64,000 bases of DNA from an uncultured Verrucomicrobiae bacterium (GTDB taxonomy: Bacteria > Verrucomicrobiota > Verrucomicrobiia > Chthoniobacterales > Chthoniobacteraceae), in NCBI GenBank assembly GCA_963769025.1, contig CAVYKI010000009.1:512001-576000 (forward strand), given 5' to 3'. Below are positions 41,687-52,700 of the stretch, piece by piece. A program made the position numbers and the translations under genes. The notes under the pieces were generated by a model. That model made no database searches, was not told the DNA's origin, and worked only from the letters and a program-made list of their open reading frames with translations. Numbering within the stretch: the first letter of the stretch is position 1; each line of letters begins with the position of its first letter.

Positions 41687-41816
41687 GCCGTCAGTTACCG
41701 TTTGCGCTTTCCCCCATTCCGGGAAACCCTCACGCCATGGTTTCCCTTCCCCCCGATCCCATCCCCCACCAGCCGCCGTCCTGGACGAAACCGTTGTCGC
41801 CTGCTTCTTCTTAGAC
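41687..41816 (+). repeat. ~130-bp direct repeat, copy 1 (attC-like)
   Basis: Highly similar to 42394-42525; ends in CTTAGAC 16 bp before the ATG at 41833. Confidence 0.75.
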
Positions 41817-41832
41817 ACGCAGGGCTTCTCCC

Positions 41833-42360
41833 ATGAAAGCGACGGTTATGATTATCGGGCTTGCGAGCATCGCGCTCGGCGTGTTCCAAGCGTTCGCGAT
41901 TCCCTCATACCTTTTTCTTCTGCCGATTCCGGTTGGGGTTGGTATCCTTTTCTTTGGGTTTTCATCTCCGAAGCCACTCATCCTCGTTGCCATCGGCCTT
42001 TTCCTCACCGGTTTGGTTGTTCCCTACGCGATCACCGCATATCTGGACCAGCCGGCTGAGCCTTTGGAGTTTGTCGTCGAGCCCGGCTTCAGTGGAGACA
42101 TTCAACTCATCAAGGATACCTCGGCCGGGGTGCCCGTGAAACCCGCCAACCACGTCCTGCGCATCTACGTTCCTCCAAGCGGAGTGGTGCGCATCAACGA
42201 CGACTCATTCCTTTATCGCTGGCGTAGTTATCGCGTTGTCGATACGCAAGGAACCGTTCTCGGGTTGGAGCACGGCGAGACCACGGCTGGACGCGGCGGT
42301 GACACGGCAAGCACCCGTTTCGATGGCACGATTCATCGCTACCGAGTCGTACGGAACTAA
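41833..42360 (+). CDS. Membrane protein with DUF6843-like soluble domain (cassette-like gene)
   Basis: Three TMs, then EFVVEPGFSGDIQLI...VPPSGVV. Confidence 0.65.
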   Translation: MKATVMIIGLASIALGVFQAFAIPSYLFLLPIPVGVGILFFGFSSPKPLILVAIGLFLTGLVVPYAITAYLDQPAEPLEFVVEPGFSGDIQLIKDTSAGVPVKPANHVLRIYVPPSGVVRINDDSFLYRWRSYRVVDTQGTVLGLEHGETTAGRGGDTASTRFDGTIHRYRVVRN

Positions 42361-42393
42361 GTCGGCTCAGCGCTGCGGCGACTTCCGGGCTTT

Positions 42394-42525
42394 GCCGTTC
42401 AGTTTCCGTTTGCGCTTTCCCCCATTTCCGGAAAACCCTCCCGGCATGGTTTCCCTTCCTCCCGATCCCATCCCGGCCAGCCGCCGTGCTGGACGAAACC
42501 GCCTTTCGCCTAATTCCTGTTAAGC
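42394..42525 (+). repeat. ~130-bp direct repeat, copy 2 (attC-like)
   Basis: Ends in GTTAAGC, matching the GTTRRRY core. Confidence 0.75.
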
Positions 42526-42577
42526 GTCGCTCGCGTCAGCCAGTAACGAAAACCAAACAAACAGTAACCAAAGAACC

Positions 42578-42662
42578 GTGATTAGCTCGCTTCTATTTCT
42601 CGCGTGTAGCGGCCCAGGAGCGGGACGCGCCATCGCCAAGAGTATTTCCATCGGCTACTATG
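42578..42662 (+). pseudogene. Gene start (MISSLLFLACSGPGA...) apparently truncated at the transposon left inverted repeat
   Basis: A-rich leader; the ORF runs into the inverted repeat and then antisense to the transposase. Confidence 0.45.
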
Positions 42663-43786
42663 GGGAAATAGGGGTCAGGGTTCATATCTTGACAGATTCG
42701 ATGAAGTCTCGCAGCGCAGCAGGAAGCTTTTGGCTCGGTCCGGCTGTCTGGTCGCGGCGGATTTGCTGGCTCACGTTCGCCGCGCTGCCCATCCCGAGCC
42801 GCTCCGCTATCCAGCTCTGGGACACCGTCGTCCCCGCCCACAGCAGTTTCGCCAGCGCCACCTTGCGCGGGTCGCTGCCAGGCAGGCGTTGGACTTGCTC
42901 GAGCCGCAGCCCGATGGCCTCGATGCCTTTCTCCATCCACTCCTGCGCTTGCGCCCGGTCGTGCGAACGCCGCTCCGGCGCGCTCCGGTAGGCACGCCCC
43001 TTGAGCGACCCCACGGTGCGCCTCAGCCCGGCCATCAGCGTCTCTGCAAACGCCTGTGTGCCCCAATACCACCCGCGCCGCAGATGGCTGCACCGCGCGT
43101 CCATTTCCTCCGGCAGCAGCACTCCGCAGCGGGCCGCCTCCTCTTCCACCGCCCGCCGGTCCAGCCGTTCGATGAATCGCCGCCGCCCGGACGCCGTGTC
43201 CGCGCATTCCAAGACCGCGAGCCCGTGCGCCGCCGCCAGCCACTTCGCGCGGCGGCCCGCCGGCAGCGCATAGCCGCCTGCCACACTGCTCCACGCGTAG
43301 TCCATCACACCCTCCCCGCGCCGGGGCTCGATGATCCCGGCGCGCACCGGATTCAGGTGGATGTAATCCAGCAGCGTCCGGTAATAGTCGCTCGCCGCGC
43401 CTTCCACGACCACCGCCTTGTAGCGGTCCCCGAAGAGCCGTCCCCATTTGCGATGCCGCACATTGAAGCGCCGCGTGTAGGCGTTCTGCAGCCACTTCAT
43501 CCCCTCCACCAGGTTCGCCTCCGGCGTCTCGATGAACAGGTGGTAGTGATTGCCCATCAGTACCCAGGCATGGACCCGCCAGCCCGTCATCCCGCACGCC
43601 TCGGCCAGCGTCGCGAGGAAAAAGCGCCGGTCATCGTCATCCGCGTAGATCTTTTCGCGCCGGTTCCCACGCGCCATCACGTGGTAAAATCCTCCAGCCA
43701 TTTCCATTCGGATGCTTCGGGCCATGCAGCACGACTCGCGGTTCCTTCACTGCCTGTCAAGATTTGACTCCTGACCCCCATTTCCC
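42663..43786 (-). mobile_element. IS-like element: Y1/RAYT transposase with 33-bp terminal inverted repeats
   Basis: 42663-42695 versus the reverse complement of 43754-43786, 29/33 identical. Confidence 0.8.
42682..43725 (-). CDS. HUH Y1 (REP-associated tyrosine-type) transposase with C-terminal HTH
   Basis: YHVMARGNRRE, VLMGNHYHL, RYKA, YIHLNPVRAG, YAWSS. Confidence 0.92.
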   Translation of the reverse strand: MARSIRMEMAGGFYHVMARGNRREKIYADDDDRRFFLATLAEACGMTGWRVHAWVLMGNHYHLFIETPEANLVEGMKWLQNAYTRRFNVRHRKWGRLFGDRYKAVVVEGAASDYYRTLLDYIHLNPVRAGIIEPRRGEGVMDYAWSSVAGGYALPAGRRAKWLAAAHGLAVLECADTASGRRRFIERLDRRAVEEEAARCGVLLPEEMDARCSHLRRGWYWGTQAFAETLMAGLRRTVGSLKGRAYRSAPERRSHDRAQAQEWMEKGIEAIGLRLEQVQRLPGSDPRKVALAKLLWAGTTVSQSWIAERLGMGSAANVSQQIRRDQTAGPSQKLPAALRDFIESVKI

Positions 43787-43892
43787 TCCACACCTTGCAC
43801 CGCACCGCACCGGCAGCATGACGCCGGATCGCCCCTTCGAGCGTGGTCGCATGGTTGTTGATTGCGGTGAGCGTGATGTTGGGATCGGCCAT
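43787..43892 (-). pseudogene. Gene start (MADPNITLTAINNH...) apparently truncated at the right inverted repeat
   Basis: ATG 24 bp after the upstream stop; the ORF reads into the inverted repeat. Confidence 0.4.
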
Positions 43893-43916
43893 GGCAACTT
43901 AGACTGGATTAACCTC

Positions 43917-44864
43917 TCAGCCCTGCCTGCCCTTCAACCGTAACAACAGCCAGCCAGCGACTGTCCCGAGAATGATGGCGACCCCGGCCCACGGCACCCA
44001 GCCACTGGAACGGGATGCGGGCGACGCGGCAACGTCTGCGGTTCCAAGCTTCGGTGCGACATTTGGCTCTGAAGCTTGAGTGCCCGGCTGCTGGGTCGGC
44101 CCAATACGCTTGGCATCGTCGGGATTGGGAGGGACATTCGGCCGCGTTCGAGGCATTCCTGCTGCCGAGGAAATTCCGGGCCGGACTGCGGCGTAGTTTC
44201 CGGCGAGAATGGCACTCTCGTTGTCCTTCCACCAAGCCCGCCCGATGTCGCGCTTCTCGTTTTCGGACAAATGATGGGCACTCTGCATGGCGCGAGCCCA
44301 TGCTTTCACATCGGGTGCAAACTCGTCCGCAGCTTCCACGAGTTTCATCGTCATCCATGTCGAATACCCGGAGCGGTTAATGTTGCCCGCATTCGCCATT
44401 CGAAAATCCGTCAATTCCGCGTCGCCATCGCGGAACATGCCCCGCGCGAGATAGGGAAGCAGCCGTGGCTGTTTGGCGCGCACCGCTTCATGAAATAGAT
44501 TCGACCGCAGGGGAGCGTAAGGGCTCAATGGTTGGAAGTCGCCTAACTGGTTCCCAATGGTGTCAAGAACTTCGGCATCGGGAAGCCGTAGCAGAACCAT
44601 GCGGGCTTCGGCGGGAATCAGATAAGTCCGGGAGCGGTCGCTGGCCACAAACTCTGTTACTTCGCCGCGGGCGACTCGCTTAAGCAGCGCCAAGGTTGCA
44701 TCACGATCTGGTCCCAGACTGGTCTCGATTTCTGCCGAAGACAGCCTGTATCCAAGGTTCATCACGTCCAACACCCGCTGTTCGTTCGGAAGATGCGTTT
44801 CCGCACTCACAATTCCGATCGGGGAAAGAGCCAAGCAAATCAGATAAAAGATTACGGTTTTCAA
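43917..44864 (-). CDS. Exported protein with C-terminal membrane anchor, coupled to the giant repeat gene
   Basis: TTG start overlapping the upstream TGA; MKTVIFYLICLALSPIG signal; Pro-rich linker, TM and basic tail. Confidence 0.75.
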   Translation of the reverse strand: MKTVIFYLICLALSPIGIVSAETHLPNEQRVLDVMNLGYRLSSAEIETSLGPDRDATLALLKRVARGEVTEFVASDRSRTYLIPAEARMVLLRLPDAEVLDTIGNQLGDFQPLSPYAPLRSNLFHEAVRAKQPRLLPYLARGMFRDGDAELTDFRMANAGNINRSGYSTWMTMKLVEAADEFAPDVKAWARAMQSAHHLSENEKRDIGRAWWKDNESAILAGNYAAVRPGISSAAGMPRTRPNVPPNPDDAKRIGPTQQPGTQASEPNVAPKLGTADVAASPASRSSGWVPWAGVAIILGTVAGWLLLRLKGRQG

Positions 44865-47800
44865 TTTGGGAAATATTGCCGGAACTCGACCCTCGCGTTT
44901 TCCCACGCCGCTTTCCAATCCTCATGTCGCAGCCACTTTCCAGGCTCGGAACCCGCACGCATGAGTCCAGTTGTTCGCGTAGGAAAAGGTCCGTCGTCGT
45001 GCCCACCGGGGTTGATGGTTTGGAGTGTAGTTCCCAACACCTCATATGGCTGCCCGCGAATCGCTATGCCGAAAAGATGCCCCACTTCATGCGCTACAAC
45101 CCTTTCCCGGCTTTCCAAAGATCCATCCGGCTCTTCTTCAAAATCTTCGAGATCTCCCGGGGTGAAGTTCAAATTGTGCATGAGAATCCTCCCGTCCAGC
45201 GCATAGCCTTGGGATTCGAAGGAATCAAGACGGCCAACAAATATGACCGGCACATGGCCGTTAAAGGTCGGGTTCGTTCGGAACACATTGAATTCTTGGA
45301 GTGCAGGAGTGTTTTTCTCAAGATCGGGATCCCTGAGCTTATTGTCTCCATCCTTATCCCACGGCAGTTCGGTAGGTTCTGCTACGATCTGGACTTCGAA
45401 GCGCAAGCATGCCTGGTGAAATCGAGCATTCAGTTCTTTCTGAACATCTGCTGCTTTCGGGATAGCGCCGACGTCAGTTTGGGGCGGATCGATTGAATCC
45501 CGGATTTTGTAAAGCTTGACTGGGATCGGCTGAGTCGGAACGGGCATCACCATGACTTTGAGCCGCGCGAGTTTTACTCCACCGATTCGCGCACGAACTT
45601 CAATCGTGGCTTCCTGGATTTGCCCGCCGTTTGCAGTATTACACCAAATGGTGAGCGGCTCGCTAGCTTGAGTCGGGCGGGTCGGATAGACCGAAACGAT
45701 GTCGGAGCCTTCGACCACGGCTATCTCACAGGCCTTCGCCAAACCCACGCTCTGAAAGCGGACAGCTACCTTGTTGTTGACGTTGAAATCGGCGCCTTTT
45801 CCAAGACTCGTCCACCACTCCCATTGGTCCCGGTCGGGATACCGTTCAGTCCAAATCGCCGTTCGGACTTTGTGAACGTCGTCCAGCATCGGAGGATCAA
45901 ATCCTTTATCCAAATTCTCCCGATCCGCGGCCTCGAATTCCACTGTCTCAAGAGACTGCGTTTGTCCCGGGGATGGTTGCAGGAAGATGATTTCTGATGT
46001 TTTTTGGCCCTTCTGGATGGTGAGCTGGACGAGTTCAAAAAACGGGGAGGCGTCACCGTTCCCACTGGCCTCATCCGTCGTCACCTTAATGTAGCGGCGC
46101 GTGATGTCGTGTGCCGCTCGTTCACCGTTGTCGGTCTTCAGCCAGAAGGCGAGTCGGCTTGAAAACGTTTTACCGTCATCCGCCGAGGTGCTGGCGCTCA
46201 GCGGCGTGCCATTGGGTTCGTAGAGGAGGCGTGTCGCGGGGTCGGGCTGGTCAATCGCCAGCCAGGCGTCCCGCATTCCATCAAATGCGGCGCTGGTGAT
46301 CGCGACTCCGTCCCCCTCACCTCCTCTGGGAATGTCCGTGAACCTGTAATCTCCGCCGCCTTTCCATGCCCCGGCGTACTCGGTCATACTCTCGGGTGCG
46401 GGCGGAGGCGGAGAGACGATGCGATCGTTCGACACCGTCGCTCCGGTCTTCACGTATGCGGCCGGTTCGACGATCTCGGTGGTCTTGTGGTGCGTGCCCG
46501 ACCATGCGCCCCGGAGGATCGGCGTCTCGTTCTCGTCGAGAATGGGCTCGCCTTCCGCGTCGAGCGCCTCGGTGACGGAGGTTTCCCATCCCGTTTTCCA
46601 TTCAGCACCGTCGAACTGGCCGGGCGAGGTGGAAGCGAGGGCCTTCATCCGTTCGTATTCTTCGACATCCGTCTCGGTGAGAACATCCCCGTATCGCAGA
46701 ATCTCATCACCGGTCTCGGGATCGAACAAAACAAACCCATAGGAGCCGGTCCGACTGAAGGGAGTGTCGGAAGTGGTGTAGGTCCCAGTTCCGCCTCCGC
46801 CGTACCAGTAGCCGTCCTCCGCCACGCTGCTCGCCAGCGCCACGCCGACGGCGTCCGTCGCTCCGGGCTTGAGAGCCGAAATGCGACCCTGTTGGTAGGC
46901 CTCAAGCCGGGTCAGTCCATCGGTCTCGCCATCAATGTAGCGGATCTGGCTGGCATCGCTGGCGTCGTTGGGATCCAGGCCGTATTGGTGTTCCACCACA
47001 TCGGGGATTCCATCGCCGTCGGTATCCGTGGTGGCGAAATGGGTGACGCAATAGAGGTTCGTGCTCAGGGAGGTGAGGGTATCGAGGTAGGCGGTGAGGA
47101 GGTCCGCGTCGGCGGGACGGGAGGTCGGGTCGCGCGGGTCGGTGTGAAAGACGAGGACTTCATCCCAGTTGCTCACGCCGTCGCCATCCCAGTCATTCTC
47201 GGCGACGCTCTTGGTGAAGTCATGGCTCACGATCTCGCCGGAACCATGGTTCGTAATGTCGTTAAACTCATTTGAATCCGCGACGACGTGGGAGAGGGGA
47301 ACGCTTGCGCGGGCCTTCTCGATATTCAGGATGAAGTCATTCATCGTGGCGGTGGCGCCGGGCGGCAGGTGGGCGATGGGGGCATCCACGGCGTCCGCGG
47401 GATTGTGAGGATCGAGGCCGTTGACGGTTTCGTAGAGGTCGCTCATTCCGTCGCCATCGGTGTCGGTGGTGGAATCCTGAAGCCAGTCGAGCCAGCCGCG
47501 GTCGTAGGCCTGTTTCCATGTGAGGCCGTCCGTCTCGTATTGCTGGCGTTGCGGGATATAGACGTAACGAATGGCCGCGGCGTCGGAAGGGTCGTACGGG
47601 TTCAGTCCATAGGCCAGTTCGACGGAATCCCGGATGCCATCGCCGTCGCTGTCGTTGCCGTTGTAGTAATCGGCCTGATGCGGGTCGGCGACATCGGGGA
47701 TGCCGTCGCCGTCCGAGTCCTGCCACTGCGTGTAGTAGAGTGCGGAGGTGAAGGTCACGGGGACGTTGTCCACATTGATCGTCCACGATGTGGCTCCGCC

Positions 47801-49516
47801 GGAGTAATCCAAGGGCGGCCAGACGAAGCCGGGGGTGTTATTGAACCTATCCGATGGGAAGGGGTCCACCGTGTCCGGGATGCCGTCGCGGTCGGCATCG
47901 GGGAGATATCCATAGGGATCCCGCTGGCCGAAACAGATCTGCCCGGGAAACACCTGCCATTGGGAATTGACCATGAAGGTGCCGCCTTCCCACCAGAACA
48001 TGGGAGGGTTGGCGTTGTTGGCATCCCCTGGATAGGGATCGAGGGAGTCGGGGATGCCGTCGTAATCGCTGTCCGACCAACTGCCGGGGTAGTTTCCCGC
48101 AGCCCATGTCTGCATGGTGCCGCCGATGGGGAAGGTGCCTCCCTGCCAGTAGAAATAAATTCCGTTGAGCGCATCGTTGACGTAGGGGTCGAGCGAGTCG
48201 GGGATGCCGTCTCCGTCGCTGTCGTTCCACGTCCCGGCATACCAGGTGGCGGCAAACCAGAGGGATCCGTTGGCGGCCGTGAAAGAGCCTCCGGCCCACC
48301 AGAAGCTGTGGTTGGAGCTGTCGTTCGGATAGGGATCGAGGGAATCCGGGATGCCGTCGCCGTCGGAATCCGGCTCATTGGCAGGGTGCCACTGGTCGGG
48401 GAGCCAGACCGAGGCACCGTCAACCATGTAGGAACCGCCCCACCAGACGGCACTGTTGTTCGTGGCGTCATTCGGAAACGGATCGAGGTCGTCGGGAATG
48501 CCGTCGCCATCGGCGTCGCCCGCGTTCATCGCGTGGTAGCAGCCCCCGAAGCTCTGCCACGTGCCATTCATCAGGAAGGTGCCGCCGGACCACCACCAGG
48601 TGTTGTTGGCGGAATCCGTGGGATAGGGATCGAGGTCGTCGGGGATGCCGTCTCCGTCGGAGTCCGGGCTGATGAGGCCGCTGTGATAGACGGCGTCGAA
48701 GTTCGTGGGGATGCCATTGATGAGCCAGTCGCCTCCGGCCCAGTAGTATTGCGTGTTGTTCCACGGGTCATTGGGGTACGGGTCGATCGCGTCCGGGATG
48801 CCGTCGGCGTCGGCGTCCTCGGTGCCGCAGCCGTAGAGGTACCATTCGGAGTACGAGCTGGTACTGGCCATCGAGGAGAAATGTGCCGCCGGGCCAATGG
48901 TACATCGTGGGGCTGGCGAGGTTTGCCAACGTCGGCTCCATGCAGTCGGGCACCTGGTTTCCATTGGTGTCCGCGGCGCTGCCGGCGAACCACTGCGCCC
49001 GGACCAGATAATTGCGGTTCTCAAAGAGCACCGTGCCGCCGGGCCACCAGAAGCTGTTGTTTGTGATATCGGCTGGATAGGGGTCGAGGCTGTCCGGGAT
49101 GCCGTCCCAGTCGCTGTCTCCCTGAAGGCACCACTGCGCGGGGAAGGACGCAGAAACGCCATCCACGATGAAGGGATTGCCACTGGAAAAGTGATAGCTG
49201 CCGCCACTCCACCACGTGAGTTGCCCCGAGTTCAGGGCTTGCTGGAACCGGTCCACATAATCAGGCGTGCCATTCCCGTCTTCGTCCGCCATGTCCGGCC
49301 CATTCGGAGGCTCGGTGTCCGACGGGTTCATCGGCAGCCACTGCCAAGAACCCGTGTAACTGCCGCCGGTGTCATAGGTGGAAGCCGGGACGTAGATCGC
49401 GTCCGTGCGGAGGGCGGGTGAAATCGTCCAGAAAAGGATGATGACGAACTGGAGCCAGCCTACCGCAGGGCGGCGGCAGCAGGTGAGAGCGCTCGGGGGG
49501 GGGGTACCGTTTTCAT
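44861..49516 (-). CDS. Giant secreted thrombospondin type-3-like repeat protein with C-terminal HExxH domain (frameshifts at G10 49495-49504 and ~48857)
   Basis: Many DSDGDGIPDxxDPYP motifs within ~53-aa WWxGGxF repeats; VVAHEVGHLFG near 45085; signal peptide restored by one extra base. Confidence 0.8.
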
Positions 49517-49619
49517 GGCCAGTTTTTTCCTTTGGGTGGACCGACGGGCAGCGCGGCTACCAGCCGGGTGGGATGCTGTCAAAGGAAAAAGGATGAAATC
49601 ATGGCACGCTGGGAAATAG

Positions 49620-49711
49620 CGCTGATGCCGGCCGGTCTCATGGATCGCCTGAGCCGTGAGGATCTGTGGGATCTTTTCCGATATCTCTCCGGACTTGGGA
49701 AAGAGCGCTAG
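49620..49711 (+). pseudogene. Orphan duplicate of the CxxCH gene 3' end (right island boundary)
   Basis: LMPAGLMDRLSREDLWDLFRYLSGLGKER* versus LMPSGLVDRLSREELRDLFRYLSVLGREK*. Confidence 0.85.
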
Positions 49712-49714
49712 CCG

Positions 49715-52700
49715 CTACGTGCTGGTCTTTTTCAACTGGATGCGGAGCACCTGCCAGAGAATCACGAGCAGGACCGCGGAGGTGAGGATGAGGATCGCGC
49801 CGTTGCGGAGGTAAATGCTGATGGTGATCCCTCCGCGCGGCGAGCCGAACATGAAGTGGTGCTTTTCCGGGCTGAAGAAGGGATTCACGTAGTAGTTGCG
49901 ACGGTAGTCGTTCTGCTCGGTCTCCGCCTTCGCGACCATGTCGGCGATCTTTTGGTTTGAGTAGAGCTGGTCCGCGGTCACGCCGAGCGGACGCGCGCGG
50001 AAGTCGAACAAGGAGGGCTTCCTGCCGGCGATGATTTTGTCCACCCGTCCCAGCCGCTTGTCCACTTCGCTTGCGGAGTCGGATTCGAGTCCGCTGAGCT
50101 GGGCGAGCGTGTCCTTCAAATCGTCGAGCCGTTCGTCCTCCGCTTCGGTGCGTTCGGTCTTTGCGGCGAGCGCCTCGATGGCCTTCTGCAGGCGCTGCTG
50201 GCGGATGGCGAGAGAGTTCAGTTTTGCCTGTGCGACGACGAGCGCCTCGTAGCTGTAATGCGTGGCGACGAGGCGGCTGATGAAGGGCACGCTCAGCTTC
50301 TTGTCGCCCTCCATGTCCGTCGGCTGGCTCGTTGCCGCGAACCATCGCTGGAACGCGTAGAGGATGCTGGGGTCGCGGTTCATCTCCTCGTACTTGATCA
50401 GCGCGCCGCCGAAGATGAGCTGCGGGATGAGGATCAGGGGCACGAGCATCGCGCCGGTCTTCGAGTTCGGGACCAGCGCCGAGACGAGCAGGCCGAGGGA
50501 AATTCCGCTGACGGCCGTGAGGAAGGTCCACAGGAAGTATTCGAAGAACATCCCGCGGACTTCGAGGACGGCGTTGCCGACGAGGATGAACAGCGTGCAT
50601 TGCAGCGCGGAGAATGCGCATAGCGTGAGGAATTTCGCCGTGACGTAGTAGCCGACGCGGACGTCGAGGTTGCGCTCTCGCTGGAGGATGGTGCGGTCGC
50701 GGATGATGTCCTCGACGCTGTTCATCAGCGCGAGGAAGAGCGCGACGAGCAGGCTGATGAAAATGTAGGTCGGGATGTGAAACGCCGAGGCGAAGACGTA
50801 GGGCCGGTCATTTTCCTCGGTGAAGTAGAGCGCCCAGCCCACCACGAGGGCGAGCAGCGGCGGCGCGAGCAGCGTGACGAGCAGGCTGGCGATGTTGCGG
50901 AGCTTCGAGAGGAATGCGCGCCGCAGGAGCACGTGGAATTGCAGCCATTCCTCGCGCCAGCGGATCTGGCGCGGAGCGGGCTGGCGGCGGACTTCCGGGA
51001 TCAGCGTCGTGCTCGTGGCCGCCGCAGAGGTCTGCTTGCGCAGGGACACCTGCTTCATTTCCTGCGTGAGCCGGTAGGTCTCGTAGCGGTCGCGCCAGAA
51101 ATCCGGGGAGAATCGGCGGGCCGGGAGGAGCTGCCCGTTGCTCCCTTCCTCGAGGATGACTTCGCCGCTCAGGTCGTGGAGCGGCGTCTCGAGGACGTCG
51201 AAGCAGAACTCCGGGCTGCCGCCCTCGCTCTTCACGCCATGCACGCTCACTTTTTCCTCCGTCGCGGCGTCCGTGAAATAGTGCATCATCTCGTCGGGCG
51301 ATCCGTAGAAGACGAGCTTGCCGCCGCGGTCGAGCAGCACGGCCTTGTTGAACATGTGGAAGAGCCGCGCGCTCGGCTGGTGGATGACGACGAGGACGAT
51401 CTTGTTGTGCGAGAGGCCCCGGATGATTTCGATGACGTGCTCGCTGTCCTTCGAGCTGAGCCCGCTGGTCGGCTCGTCGAACAGGAAAATGTCGGCCGAG
51501 CTGATCATGTCGAGGCCGATGTTCAGCCGCTTGCGCTCGCCGCCGGAGAGCGTCTTTTTTTCCACGGAGCCGACGGTGACGTCGCGGCGCTCGCTCAGGC
51601 CGAGTTCGACGAGGCGGCTGTCCACGCGGCGTCTGCGGTCTCCTTTGCCGAGGTGCGGGGAACGGATCGCCGCGGCGTAGTCCAGGTTTTCCTCGACGGT
51701 GAGGTGGTCGTCGAACGCGTCATCCTGCGGGATGAATGCGATGAAGCGTTTGAACTTTTCGAGGTTTTCGTAGAGGTCCTGGCGGTTGAGCAGGATCTTC
51801 CCGCGGGACGGCGGAAGGCGCCCCGCGATGGCGCGAAGGAGCGTGCTTTTTCCGGAGCCGCTGCCTCCCATGACGCACACGATGTCGCCGCGCGTGAGGT
51901 TGAAATTGATGCCGTCGAGACCGGTGACGCTGTCGCCAAAGAGGCACGTGACGTCGCGCAGTTCGAGCGAGGAGACGATGTTGCGTTCCTCCTCGATGAT
52001 GCGCTCGCTGAAGTCGCACCGCAGCCCCTGGCCGGCATCGATGCGGATGAAGTCGCCGTCCTTCAGTTCGCAGCTTCCGCCCGCCGGCACGATCCGCTCG
52101 CCGACGGTGATGGGCCGCGCGGCGTTGATGACGTCGAGCCTGCCGACCTTGTTGTCGAAATCGCAGTCCACCTTCAGCAGGATCTCGCCCGCCGCGCCGG
52201 GCGAGAGGAGGATGTCGTCCACATCGAGCAGGCCCGGGTTGCTCGAGACGCGGTAGGTGTTCTTGTAGCTTTTCAGCAGGAAGCGGACGCCGAGCGCGCG
52301 GGCCTTGCGGCGGAGTTCGGTGAGCGAGAGCTCGGCCTCGTTGCGGAAAATGATCCGATCTTCCTGCGTGGCGTTGAGCATCGTGCCGGCGCGGAGGGCG
52401 ATGCCGTTGAGCCGCGCGTCCACGTTCTTCAGGGCGCGCACCTGGACCTTCAGGCCGAAGCGCACTTCCAGCGCGCTGTCCCGCGTGCGTACGCGGGAGA
52501 GTTCCACTTCGTCCTCGTCGCTGACCTCGACATAGACGTGCGTGGTGAGCACGCCCTTCTTCGCATTGAAAAAGGAGACGATGTCCTCGTAGGTGAGCAC
52601 CTGCTCGTCGAGCAGCACGCGCTGCCCGGAAAAAATGCGGGAGAATGTGCCGGGGACCAAGGGACGTCCGCGGACATAGACGGGCCGCTGGCTGGCGTTC

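Larger units (their letters stand above)
38448..49619. mobile_element. Putative genomic island inserted at the 3' end of the CxxCH gene; no integrase seen
   Basis: Flanking diverged direct repeat; accessory content (transposase, arrays, repeat protein). Confidence 0.65.

Noticed and set aside
38448..49619. Prophage
   Set aside because: No terminase, capsid, portal or integrase recognisable
38356..49711. DGR template/variable repeat pair for the 92-bp duplication
   Set aside because: Mismatches are not adenine-specific, are largely synonymous, and no reverse transcriptase is present
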